From: Bugula neritina
Lineage: Eukaryota > Animalia > Bryozoa
DNA length: 64,000 nt
Assembly (NCBI GenBank): GCA_964035545.1
Contig: OZ037771.1
Coordinates: forward strand, 4,103,628 to 4,167,627
Direction of reading: 5' to 3'
Position 1 is the first letter of the stretch. Each line of letters opens with the position of its first letter. The translations under genes were made by a program, and so were the position numbers. Below are positions 13,716 to 26,080 of the stretch, piece by piece. The notes beneath the pieces were generated by a model that saw only the letters and a program-made list of their open reading frames with translations, searched no databases and was not told the origin of the DNA.

Positions 13716-15259
13716 GTAATACATATACACAGTAAATATATATACACTGTAATACACAGTTGTAAATTTTACTATACATTGTATATACACTGTAATACAT
13801 ACACTTTATATACTACTATACTCTGTAATACATACCTTTATATACTACTATACACTGTAATACATACCTTTATATACTACTATACTCTGTAATACATACC
13901 TTTATATACTACTATACACTGTAATACATACCTTTATATACTACTATACTCTGTAATACATACACTTTATATACTACTATACACTGTAATACATACCTTT
14001 ATATACTACTATACACTGTAATACATACCTTTATATACTACTATACACTGTAATACATACCTTTATATACTACTATACACTGTAATACATACCTTTATAT
14101 ACTATTATACACTGTAATACATACCTTTATATACTACTATACACTGTAATACATACACTTTACGTTATATACTACTATACACTGTAATACATACCTTTAT
14201 ATACTACTATACACTGTAATACATACCTTTATATACTACTATATACTGTAATACATACACTTGTAGGTCACACCACGTCTACTATATGTTTGGTTTCCTA
14301 TTCCTCGTGTTCATAATACTGATCATCACCTGCTCTGAGACGGCCATTCTCCTTTGCTACTTCCACCTGTGTGCCGAGGACTACAACTGGTGGTGGAGAT
14401 CCTTCATGACTACCGGCTTTACCTCCGTCTACCTCTTCTTCTACTCCATTCATTTCTTTGTCACCAAAATGGCCATCAGCGGCACGGCTTCTACATTCCT
14501 CTTCTTCGGCTACACACTGATGATGGTCTTTGGCTTCTTTCTCATTACGGGTAAGTGTTAAGATCCCTGGCTAAGTCGAATGTATAGCTTGTCCTGGTAG
14601 CTCAGGCTACGTCTAATGTGATATCTTGTCTTACAAGATAATGATTGAGATAAGTATTGTAGCCTGTAGTCTACTCTGAATTTGTGGGATTATTTCATTA
14701 GTTCTTGGGAGTTGTCCTCTTAATCTAACATTTATAACCGCAGCAGCAACAACTAGCTTTGCATACATCAAGCGGCTAGAGTGTGGCTTGGCAGAAACCA
14801 CCAGATAAAGCTGCTTGCTTTTCCACCACTGGAATGAGGAAATCTGATTTTAGCCATAAAAGTGATATAATGAACAGTAAATTTAGTTTGTAAAGAAAGG
14901 TTAACCTTGACTTAGCAGTGTAATTCATCGACCACGTAAGCCCCCTCCTCAACCAACTGTGATTAATTTACATTGAGAATCTCAATCCAATTTCTAAGCT
15001 ACTCCAATCATTAATTTGTAGTAAGTCACTGTGTTGTGACTGTAGCCATTAGCTTTCATCGTGGGTGATACTGGTCAGGGTTTCCTCCGGTTTCAATGCA
15101 TTAAAAGGTGGTTTAAGTGTTTTTAAGCTTTGTGATTAGATCCACACAAGAAAAAGATTCCATACTCAAATATGCTCTGTTTATGTTGCAGGCTGCATGG
15201 GATTCTTCTCTTGCTTCTGGTTTGTAAGGAAAATATACAGCGTGGTGAAAGTGGACTAG
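5394..15259 (+). CDS. TM9SF2: Transmembrane 9 superfamily member 2
   Basis: Signal peptide then FYLPGLAP; later [71 protein letters not shown], ending IYSVVKVD*. About 15 GT-AG exons (approx. 5394-5522, 6594-6661, 7099-7191, 7846-8006, 8775-8918, 9361-9527, 9726-9864, 10367-10552, 10861-10994, 11691-11868, 12303-12462, 13408-13559, 14267-14550, 15192-15259). Confidence 0.95.
8417..8578. mobile_element. MITE-like element, family C (copy 1)
   Basis: Imperfect terminal inverted repeats (..AGTAGTGGAGAAATT / AATTTCTCCATTACT..); shares TTCTAATCYAGAACACAGGCTTTTCTCAA with 60308-60460. Confidence 0.55.
10780..10832. repeat. (CA)n microsatellite preceded by a short (CG)n run
   Basis: Direct read; lies just upstream of the TM9SF2 acceptor at 10860. 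Confidence 0.95.
12777..13392. repeat. 25-bp minisatellite (TACTATACACTATTACCTACAGTAT), ~24 copies, intronic
   Basis: Direct read; explains the repetitive Tyr/Leu/Thr ORFs in all three + frames. Confidence 0.95.
13648..13709. repeat. (TA)n microsatellite
   Basis: Direct read. Confidence 0.95.
13780..14262. repeat. 31-bp minisatellite (TATACACTGTAATACATACCTTTATATACTAC-like), ~15 copies, intronic
   Basis: Direct read; runs up to the acceptor TTGTAG at 14266. Confidence 0.95.
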
Positions 15260-16552
15260 ATGAAGAGTACAGCATGGCACATCTAAGGGCTGTACTGTAA
15301 CCATGTGGATATATATTTATGAGATGCAGAATATTACTGACAGTGTTTAGTATTGTAAGCTCCAGCCTTGGTGTTTCCACAACCCTCAGCTGACATTTGT
15401 TTGAATATGTAATTTTTTCTGTACAAACTCTCATTACTTATGTGGTCATGTGATAGTATTTGTTAGTATTCAATACAGAAATGCTAGCATGCTTACACAA
15501 TTAAATGTTTTATTATATAGTTGTGTTTTCTCTCACAATTACTGCTACAATATTTCCTAAATCTTTGCACCATATCAGCATAATCGTTTTCTTTCAACTA
15601 ATCTCTGGTATTTACTTTATTTAATTAGATGATGCAGGTTGTATAACATAGCTGAAAAATATAATACCATTACTGTTTTAGTTTTACTTATGCAGTGCAG
15701 TAGCTCTTTGATTTAGTTGCTATTCTATATTGATATTATCCCCACGCTGGAAGAAATTGTTCTTGTACGACAGCTTTTTTCACTTGAGCTGTAAATGCAA
15801 TAGGTTTGCACTGTGCAAACCAGGTTGTAATATTTGTGTGGAGTTATATTTCTTTCGGTGGTGAAGATCTTGAAGTTGTTTTTTTCTTGGTACTGCTTTG
15901 AGTTAAAGAGTGAATGTTAATAAATATTATATGAAATATAATAATGGGATAGTGTTGCTTCAGCTGCTTCTGGAATATTCCAACTTCTAGCATTATAAGA
16001 AATTAGCCAAACATTTGTTGGCGGTCTTAAGAAAAAGGTGCTAAAAGTTGATTCACTTGTAGCATAGACAGCAGCATTATACAACTCTGTAAAAGCTATA
16101 TCTATAATCATATGAACCTCTGCACTACTTGGAAGAGAGGAAGAACTTTCTGGAAGCTATCTGCAGTTATATCTTTTGTCGACTCTTGAAGCCCACTAGG
16201 GATCAACACCCTAGTTGATTTTATATTAGACAAACACAATCTATATGCTGTATGGTAGCATAATAATATACCATTGCTAGCACATACTTTGTGCGGTGAT
16301 AGATTTTAACAAAGCGTAGCTAGCTAAAAAATCAATTATTATTCAAATAGCTAGCCAAGTTGGGTTGGTAAAACGTAAACAGTGTCATTTGTTGTTAAGA
16401 CACTAAGCATAAGTGTCAGGTTGCAGTCGGTTCTTACAGAATAAATTATCACATCTTCCTTACCGTTTGTGTACTCGGAGAACTCTAGATATATATAGAA
16501 CAGCATAGAACATAGTAGGAATCTGTTGCACAGAGACAAGCTTGTCAATAGC

Positions 16553-17014
16553 ATGGAAAGCTCTCAATTTATTATTGCTGATAATAGCACTGGAACCTCT
16601 CACGGAAGTAAGTTACTGTACGGGGAGGAGGGAGCTGCGCTGTACATCTGTATCATCATCCTTACCTTTGCTATGGCAATAGTGTTCACCATCATAGCCC
16701 AGATGTCCTACCAGCCAGAAAACCAGGTAACCAGTTATCTGAAACAGCGCAGTATTCTGAGAGACAGAATTATTCTCCATTACTATCTACAGAAAAAGGA
16801 AAAAAGACAATCCATGAAATTAAATAGTTCTCAAGATGAAACCACCAGAAGAAGAAGTCTTTTGAGAAAGAAGCGAAGACAAGCTTCTCTGCCATCTTCT
16901 ACCTGCACAGCTACACTGAATGGTATGCCTGCTTTGACCAGCCAGCAACAGTACCGAAGGTGCAACTCAGACTATCATGAAAGACTTTATAGGGACATCA
17001 ACTTACAGTTGTGA
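16553..17014 (+). CDS. Small single-pass membrane protein (153 aa), single coding exon
   Basis: ATG at 16553 just after an acceptor-like CACAG; N-glycosylation sequon NST, one hydrophobic helix (AALYICIIILTFAMAIVFTIIAQM), basic C-terminal tail (TRRRSLLRKKRRQ); GC content above flanks. Confidence 0.7.
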   Translation: MESSQFIIADNSTGTSHGSKLLYGEEGAALYICIIILTFAMAIVFTIIAQMSYQPENQVTSYLKQRSILRDRIILHYYLQKKEKRQSMKLNSSQDETTRRRSLLRKKRRQASLPSSTCTATLNGMPALTSQQQYRRCNSDYHERLYRDINLQL

Positions 17015-19159
17015 CTTAAAGTGATTATGTAGACTGTAGCCTGTAATAGAACATTTGATGGAAAAGTAACTTTATAATTAGTTGATTCGACAAAAGTCAT
17101 TTGGGAGGAAAAGCATTAAACATGACATGATCTTAAGTATTGCATTTACATATTGAGTTGCATATGTATTAATTACTTATTATCCCCCAATGGTCCTGCT
17201 GAAACTGAACTCAGTTTTATATTACCTATTTTAATAGAGTCAAGTAATTTGTAATTTCAAAGCTTGCACTTACTTGTTGCCTTTTAAATGAAGAAATAAG
17301 TTGTATTAAAGGTTTAATAAATCTGACTGCAAAAAAGCAAGAAACTGCTTAAAAAATATATAATTATCGTTAAAACCATTTTCATTGAATCAAGTTTCCT
17401 TCAAAACCTAATTTTAGCTTATTGATACTTTAATCTAAATCATATACAAATAAAAAAAGTGGTTAAATAATTGTGAAATGTGAAACAGCATATTTTTCCA
17501 AAATGTAATTTTGTGGTTAATTCACTAATGCTGCAATACTAATGCTGTATTATTAAAAGCTGTCAGCTTTTAAACTCTCACCCAAGTCATCACCGTCACT
17601 GCTGCTTGTATGCAGAGTTTGGGTCAACCTGACAAGTCACTGGCTCTGGCTACCTTATAAACTTTGAAATGGATACTGAACTGCAAACACACAACATTGG
17701 CTGAATGTTAAAATATTTTGTTATAGTAACTCATATTTGTACACTTTTAGACAGTCCCAAAACCCTATTACTGTAAGTAATGATCAAGCAGGGCGTATGC
17801 AGTATAATAAATATACCTGAAGCGCGCCTTTGTACTGTAGACTCTATAATATAATATATGTTGTACACAATGTACTATAGTCTATAGTCTATACTATGAA
17901 GAATACAATGCAACGTGCTAGGTGCTTTGGTTGTATTTTATGCCTCGTGAATTATTAAAGTGTGTTGGGCAGCTTTAATTGTGTTGGAATGTGTATAAAG
18001 ATGAGATATAATATATCTTTTAAATAAACCAAGAATGCAAAGGCCTTCATTAAAGTATAGCTGCTAAGTTACAAAATAATGCCATTACATTATGGACATA
18101 TTTAATTACAACGTTATCACAGGTTTCTGACACCAAGAGAGGTTCAATCATATATCAAGTATCTGACCAAACATGACTATTTCACGTGCTATATACCTAC
18201 TCTGCAATATCTAATACAAGAACTATAATATATACCTAGGCAGATAAAATAAAAATTTAAAAGCAGCTCTTCCTAGCTGTTTCTTTTTCTAAACTTTGGC
18301 TGTAGTAATAAATTATTCTATATTATGTTAACATAATAGTGTCAGAATTACTTCAAGAAACAATATTGACCAGTTGCTTGTGGTGAGGGTGAAAATCATA
18401 AACTCCATACTCCAATGATTACTACGATTAAATTTTTTCCCTTCTAGTTGATAATTGGCTTAATGTCAGCACTACCTGGCTTTGTCAAGTTATAAATTTG
18501 CAGCAATTAGGTAGGGTTTTTGTATTTATCATAGCTCATGTGTGATAGGCAAAGCAGCTAAAATTAACTTAAAAGTCTTCCTACAGACATTTTATTTTTT
18601 CAAAATTTGAAAGTTTCTGCGGTGCTAATGGCTTTATTGTAAAAGCAGTAATTGTGTATTATGTAATTATATGATATAATATACAGTCTTCTACTGTACA
18701 TGTTACGTTCTGTTGTAATTCAATAGCAGAACTGCGGTTGCAATAGCCTACTTTTGTTTTATGAATGTTGTCCGTTTTGGTGAATAAAGCCGTCATGAAC
18801 CTCAAGAGAACTATTTTAACTACAGTTTTTCTTTAGTTTGGGTGCTAGCCAATCCTTTAAAATCTATTGCTAATTTATTCAAGACTGAGTTTGAATACTT
18901 AAATCAGAACGGAATTATTTACCAAATATTTTTCTTTTCTATCAACATTGTTACGCGTGCGGAGAAATACCGAGTTGTCTTTTCTAAGTGTGGTAACTAT
19001 ATCAGCTGAGCGAAGGTTACACATAATTACGTTACAAGCAAATTTTTCCTGTGTTAAAAGTATTCATTAATTTTTCAAAGTATACAATTTTATTTCGTTT
19101 GAATGACATGCTTCTAATGTCATAGCTGCTGTGCTCACGCAAATCTTTAATTTCCCAGC

Positions 19160-19910
19160 ATTACATCATCATAATGATATTGAACTCGATGATCATGCCT
19201 CATGGTCATGGTGTTCATCATGAATCATGATGATCATGATCATGATGATGGTGATGATTCATCATCATGATCATCATGATCAAGTTCAACTCATCATGAT
19301 CATCATCATGATCATCACCATCGCAGTCATTTATTTTATCATTCATTATCATTGTGATTATCATTATTTCTTACCATTATGAGTATGACAATGATCAATT
19401 GATAATAAAACTAAATTAGTAAATAGTAAAATACTAGGTCTAGTACAGTAAAACTAAATGTAATACTAATACTAATAGTAATAGTAATACTAGTAGTAAT
19501 ATTAATAGTAATACTAATAGTAATAGTAATAGTATTACTATTAGTATTAGTATAACTATAAGTATTATTAACTTTAATGCTAACATCAATTAATAGATGA
19601 CAATCACAATGATACCGATTAATGAATACAATCAAGGTCATAATAATTGCTGATCTCATGATTATCATAATGATAATGAATATTATTATCACCATGACAC
19701 AGATAAACCATAATCATAATGATGATCACTACATTATCATAATGATGATCTAAATCAATAATGATAATCATTATGATAATAATAATATTGCTTTTCATAA
19801 ATTAAATAATTATAATTGAGATTCAATGAATATTTATATTATGATAATCATTAATGAACAATATCAATATGAATATCATATTGATGATAATAATTTTAAT
19901 AATAACTCAT
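19160..19910. repeat. Low-complexity tract: (CAT/GAT)n plus 6-bp periodic ACTAAT/AGTAAT
   Basis: Direct read; upstream of the RFK coding start. Confidence 0.85.
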
Positions 19911-20107
19911 ATCAAATTCATTAATCGTTGTTTTTGGTTTTTTGTAAGGTAAAAAAAACAAATCTTAGAGTGTGTGACTAGCAATTACTTTTTGAGATAG
20001 TATTTGATCTTTGCCTGTTGTGGTCAATACGTGAGAAACAGTTGTATTTTCTAGGAAAAAATTCATTTTGCTATTGCATGCAAGTGTACTTTTCTACAGT
20101 TGGAAAT

Positions 20108-21341
20108 ATGAATCAAAATGAGCTGGCCAAGACAGCCAGAATGGCTTTACCGTTCTTTGCTAGTGGGACAGTTGTTCATGGGTTTGGCAGAGGAAGTAAA
20201 GAGCTGGGCGTGCCCACAGCCAACCTTGCTGATGAAGTAGTAGATAACCTTCCTGATCAGCTAACCTGTGGGGTGTACTGTGGGTTTGCATCTGTCAACC
20301 ATGGCACTGTATATCCTATGGTTAGTAGCTGTTGATTCCACTTATCCATGATGTAGTATTTTGCACCCAAGTAGTATTTTTTAACTAATTTTTTAATTGT
20401 TGGAGTTGTCCTGTGTGTTAAGAGGTATATATGTGTTGTGCTGTGATTTTAGTGTCTCAGCATTGGCTGGAACCCATACTACAAGAATGAAAAGCGGACA
20501 ATGGAGACTCACATAATGCATTCATTTGACAAGGATTTCTACGGTGAAATTCTCAAGGTATATATAGTAATATAAACAGTATCTCGTACAGTGCTCCCTC
20601 CATATTTCACTTTGCTGAGAGTCTCAAAACCTCAATTATTGACATAGTAGAATACCAGATCAACTCACGGATTCATTAAATTTGGCCATTTGGTCTTTAT
20701 TCATTCATGCTTAAACCACATAAGCCCTTCTTGCAACCTATGGAATTTCCTGAGATATGGATCTGTGGGAGATGGCAGGATCAATGTATCTTAACATTGC
20801 ACTATTCCACATATAGTTGTATAGCATCACCAAAGCAACCAGTATTTTAACTTCAACTTCAAACGTTAATGTACTACTCTTACAAGTTTGCCCTATTGCA
20901 CGCTTTTCTCTTATTGATCTTAAATAGTATTTTTATCTCATACAAATAACAGACACTGTGTTGCTAGTTATTAATTCAATTTCTTTTGTGCATAACAGCA
21001 ATATATACTCCTCTGCTCTCAGTGTCAAATTAAAGCCATGACTGTTGAATCAAAACATGTAGCCGTATAGATTCCTCCTAAATTACAGCAACACCACAAA
21101 TAGTTATGTTGCCCTTTTATGCTTTGTCATTTAATAGTCATAACTTTACTTCTGTTCTATCAGGTAAAAGTTTGTATTTCAGATTGTCATTGTGGAGTAT
21201 ATACGGCCTATGCTAGATTTCAAATCTTTGGAGGAGCTAAAACTTGCCATATCAAGTGATATTAGGATATCCACCGAGAAACTGTTAGAAGAAAAGTGTG
21301 CTGAGTTTAGTAAGCACAAGTTCTTCTGTCCACCCGAGTAG
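20108..21341 (+). CDS. RFK: Riboflavin kinase
   Basis: Exons 20108-20320, 20453-20557, 21183-21341: GTVVHGFGRGSKELGVPTANL, GVYCG, SIGWNPYYKN, METHIMHSFDKDFYGE, YIRPMLDFKSLEEL. Confidence 0.95.
20589..20772. mobile_element. Tc1/mariner-type MITE, family A (degenerate copy)
   Basis: Begins TA|CAGTGCTCCCTC; internal sequence collinear with 37634-37833; right TIR decayed. Confidence 0.7.
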
Positions 21342-23466
21342 GACTCTAATAGACTCTTATAGAACTGATTCGTCTAGTCTGGTTTAAGTAAAATCACCAG
21401 CTTGGGCAGAGTATATACTGCAAGCCTACAGTCCAGAACATGTCCTCTCATATTCTCTGTTTATTAAGTTATTCTAGGATACTTTTCATTCCATTCTACT
21501 GAGGCATTCCTTTATTTTGTTAGAATGCAATAGGCCAAATTATCACCATGATTTCATAAATTAAATCTCTCACACGTGATACGTGCATTGCCTACAATTA
21601 CACTAAGCCTGCTCTGTGCCATAAGCATATATATTATATATATATATATATATAATATAATATATATAACATGCCGACTATGGGATGAAATATTTGATTA
21701 GTTTTTATTCTTTACACCAAGTTTAATTGTTATCAATGATTATTTGTATTGACCCACCAATTATTGAGTACTTGAATTTTTCTCTGTGATGTAATGACCG
21801 CTGGTTGATAAACACTTCAGCTAGATATAATTTATAATTATATAGAGTTATCTTCTTATTTAAAATTTTTGAATGTATTTCTAGTGCTAAAAATAGATGA
21901 TGGAAGTAAATATTATGGCATCTCCTTCTCCAGGATTAACCTTTTACATCCCCAATTTTACTATATGTTAATTTTTAGTAATTATTTTAACTTAATGTCT
22001 AATCTCTAAATGCTGTGAGACCCTGGAGCTTAGACTTCAACTTCCCATGGTGCTATCTTTATTATGGTGTTGCGAGACAAGTTATCTGTTCAGTAATAGA
22101 TAGTATGTATAATCTTGTACAACCTTTTGTCATTGCATCTCTATATTTTCCAACTAACCTTAATAGACATTTTTCGTTATATGCTACTTTTAATTTTATA
22201 AACCCAATAAATCTTTTCAATTACACCATCGATATTTCTACTACTAACTGTCTTTAAGATGAAGCTTTTTTGGAAGTCTAGAATTTACTGTTTCAGATGC
22301 CATTTTGGAGTTATCTGTTCTTATTTTGACAATTCGACATTTCAGTGATAATGTTTGAGGAAATCGGCCAATTTAGTTACAATAATTTTTGATTATCAGA
22401 TGAAATGTGTGCTAGCACTGTTTTACTTTGTATTTCATATCACGACTCACCAATATTACTTTTTACTCCATATTATGCAAATTTTTGGTAGTAGGAAATG
22501 AATTTAATGTGGTCACCAGGGTTGGGGTAATTGGGTCACTATGACCATTGTAATTCGTGCTTGCAATACTTTGGATTTAAAAACTACAATAGATTGGAAT
22601 GGTTTTTTCTAACACAATGTAGTGATCTTAAAAATAAAAGTCTTCTGCAATGCATAAAATATTTTTTTGGAATACTCAAACCTCTCCCACATGGATATAA
22701 CAACTCCGATGATATTAAATGTTTCGGAGTTGTCTTACTTCTTCCAACTGACGGGCATGCCTTAAAGTCTAAACTATGGGCTGCAGGTACTATTTACAGA
22801 GATAGCAAGTACTCACAAAACTTGATGCGTTACTTGGGGTATATTTTAATTCTAACGGAATATTGTTTGAACCAGGCCAGTGCGGTACATAGCAAAATAT
22901 CTCTTCAACAAGAATCAAAATTTCAGACTTGATCGAACTGCTGCAGCGTCCTACTTCTTTATTTTTACCAAAACAATACAATTTGCTCATAGAAAAAAAG
23001 GAAGTAAATCAAGTAATGCCTGAAAATATTATGATATTTAAACCTATTCCCTTAGTATTAATTATGTAAAGTTGATATGAAGTCAATCTATAATAAGGAA
23101 AATTTCATCCTTTACATTACAATATCTAAAATGTTTGTGTGATGCCAGAATATATTATAGCTAACAGCTCTTGCAATTGGTGTATAAAAATGATCAATTA
23201 TAACTAATAGCTTTGAGGTCACATTAACATTTAGTTTTATTGCCATCACAATGCCATAAATTCCTTATAAAATTGTTTGGCAAAGTATTTAGTACAACAA
23301 GTTCACTTGCATATACCTAGTTATTCCAGCTGTTATTTACAAACATCATCAAAATAAACATGTAGTTCTATCGAAGAATTCGAATCACGCAAAGAATATG
23401 TTCTATTCTACATATAAGCTTCTAGAATTTTTTTATAATTCGACCTTTTGGATGCATGTATAACTA

Positions 23467-23512
<46 letters not shown>

Positions 23513-23519
<7 letters not shown>

Positions 23520-23717
23520 GAAGTAAAATGAGATTTGATTAATATAATGGCATTTATTACTAGTAGTTTCGTACACAAGAACGATGTGCACTCGTCAGAT
23601 AAATTAGCCACTATGATAGTGGCTAATTTATCTGACGAGTGCACATCGTTCTTGTGTACGAAACTACTAGTAATAAATGCCATTATATTAATCAAATCTC
23701 ATTTTACTTCTTCTAAT
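23513..23717. repeat. Perfect palindrome, 102-bp arms with a 1-nt spacer, between two (TA)n tracts
   Basis: Centre CCACTAT-G-ATAGTGG at 23615; arms pair from 23513 to 23717. Near-identical ORFs are called on both strands. (TA)n at ~23470-23513 and ~23781-23869. Confidence 0.95.
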
Positions 23718-23777
23718 GTTTACGCTCTAGATTTATTTCTATAGAGCACTCTAGTAACGTTTTATAAACACTCATTT

Positions 23778-23871
<94 letters not shown>

Positions 23872-26080
23872 AATGAAATTTGTATATCAGTATTTTTAAT
23901 ATATTGTTTTAATAATTTAAAAAGGATTTGATGTTGTTTTATGATAATATTGTACTACGTAAAAATTAAAACAATATTATGGCAATATCATATAAAATTA
24001 TATTGTAATAGAAATTATTACCTGGAGATAAAGCTATATAAGCCAATGAAATAAACTTTCTTATATTATTCACTTACATATGTATAAAACACTGTAATTA
24101 CAAAAAAATTAAAAATGTTTATTATAAACAAGATCACGAAACTTGACTAGTGAATTTGTAGTTGTCCTACCAATTTCCTGCGATCCAGCTAGTGGAATAT
24201 ATTGGGTGATAGTGGTGATGCACTGGGAGAGGGGGGGGGGGTACCATGTATTCAGATTTAGATTCAAGTCCAGCTCAGCTATGGTAGACCATAGAAAATC
24301 AAAATTATCTTTGGCTAATATTACAAATAAAGCAATAAGTAAATGTTTTATTTTAAAATATTATAAGCTTGCATCTCCAGTTTCGTTAAAATACTAACTC
24401 TGAATTTACAATTAATGATGTTGGGTGAAATGATTTGCTTGAAGCATTTAAAATACATACACTATGTTTGTCTAGTTTTAACTTTGTTGCATTCAAACAA
24501 AAGCATAATTCCTTTTGATGATGCTTGCTTTGAATTTTTGCATTTCAGGTGAGTGCAATGAGTGTTTTTAAAGGCTTAAACATGCGCTCATCATAATTAA
24601 AATGCATATTAGTAATTTAATTAGCACTTCATTCTTATTCTTCCTTGGAATCATCCCAAAGCCCTGTAAGTATAGCAAAATGGCTATTGAACAATCTTAT
24701 CATTGCCACATATCAATATGTACTGGACTTTAACATTTCATAATGCTTCCTGACATTGTTGTGTTGATTAATAGCAGTTTAATAGTTATTAATATTTGCT
24801 ATAAACAATAATAGATATAAGTTCAACATGTATGATTCAGAGGTTTTGTTACATGTTGATCTATACATGGGGTAATACATATTGTGTCTCAAGACTGAAA
24901 CATTACTATTATTGAAATCACAACAGAAATATTTAGGTCACATTCCATTGTCATTAATCTAGTTAAATTCTTTTCATTGTTTAATTTCCTGTAAATTTCC
25001 AGCCATGTGGTTAAGGAGACAGCCCTATAAATTCATTATCATTTTATTACCATCTTCTAGTGACTGTCCCATGCAGAAGACTCAAACCAATTTGCTGTTT
25101 GAAGACAAACTGGTAATTAAAGCTTAGTTTTTCTTCTCGGTCTCACTTCAACTCACGTGAAGCTATTATATCCAGCCTCCAACTTCAGAGATCTAGTCTA
25201 GTTTTCAGTTAGAAACAGTAGAATATGACTAGCTAAATCTACAAAATAGAAATTATAGAATTCAAACATTCCACACACTGTAGACCAACTGTGTGTAGAT
25301 CTTGTAGATTAAAGCATTTAACAGACTGTAGGCTGTAGGTACTTCTATATTATAGCTATATGGAATTTTCATTTGAATATGGAGTTGTCTTGCATCAGGA
25401 TTGTTGTATAGTTACCAGTTTTTAGTTCATTGATCAAATATTTGCAGGTTAAAAGATATTTAATTTTGTGTTGTCCGTTAACATAATACATACGCATTAG
25501 ATTTCTGTAGTTCATAATTGGAAAGTTTGTAAGCTCATATTGTATTGTATATCATAGAATACATTACTGATTTATCTATTAGTTTCTATAATATTTGTAA
25601 AGTTTTTATTAATATTATTACATATAATATGTATTCAGTTTCAATCAAAAATGTTTATATAAAGCTAGAACATAATATTGGAAATATAAAAGCAGTGCAT
25701 AGAAAACAAGGAAATGTTAAATGATTGATGCTACAAACTTAGCTTGTGCAGCATGGACTAATCATGAATATATCACTTTGATGGCTTCCATAAATAAGCC
25801 ATGTGTTATATTTAACCTATCACTGTAGCTGCGCAGTAGCTTCGTCGATAACCAACAATAAAATATGCGAATTTGGCTTACAGACCAAACTCCGCCCCGC
25901 GTTCCAAATAATTTTTAGCTCCGCCCTTCAAGTTGCTACTAATTATACCCTGCACTTGTCATTGTTTGTCTCCGGTCTCATGTGATCAGCAGGCGCTATT
26001 TTTAACACGCGTTAACAAGCACCGCTTGGTTCATTTTCTATTTTGCTCACGAATACTAATCCACTGCAAAACTAGCTACC

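Noticed and set aside
12655-13892. Long Tyr/Leu/Thr/Ile-rich ORFs on both strands
   Set aside because: Translations of the 25-bp minisatellite and (TA)n inside TM9SF2 introns; only 13408-13559 is a real exon.
12777-14262. Regular repeats as a possible CRISPR array
   Set aside because: Head-to-tail units with no unique spacers, no cas genes, eukaryotic intron context.
14920-15110. Possible SINE fragment (GGGTTTCCTCCGGTTTC)
   Set aside because: Only a short motif; no Pol III boxes or second copy found in the window.
23408-23744. Near-identical ORFs on opposite strands (MINIMAFITSS...)
   Set aside because: A direct consequence of the DNA palindrome; no coding evidence.
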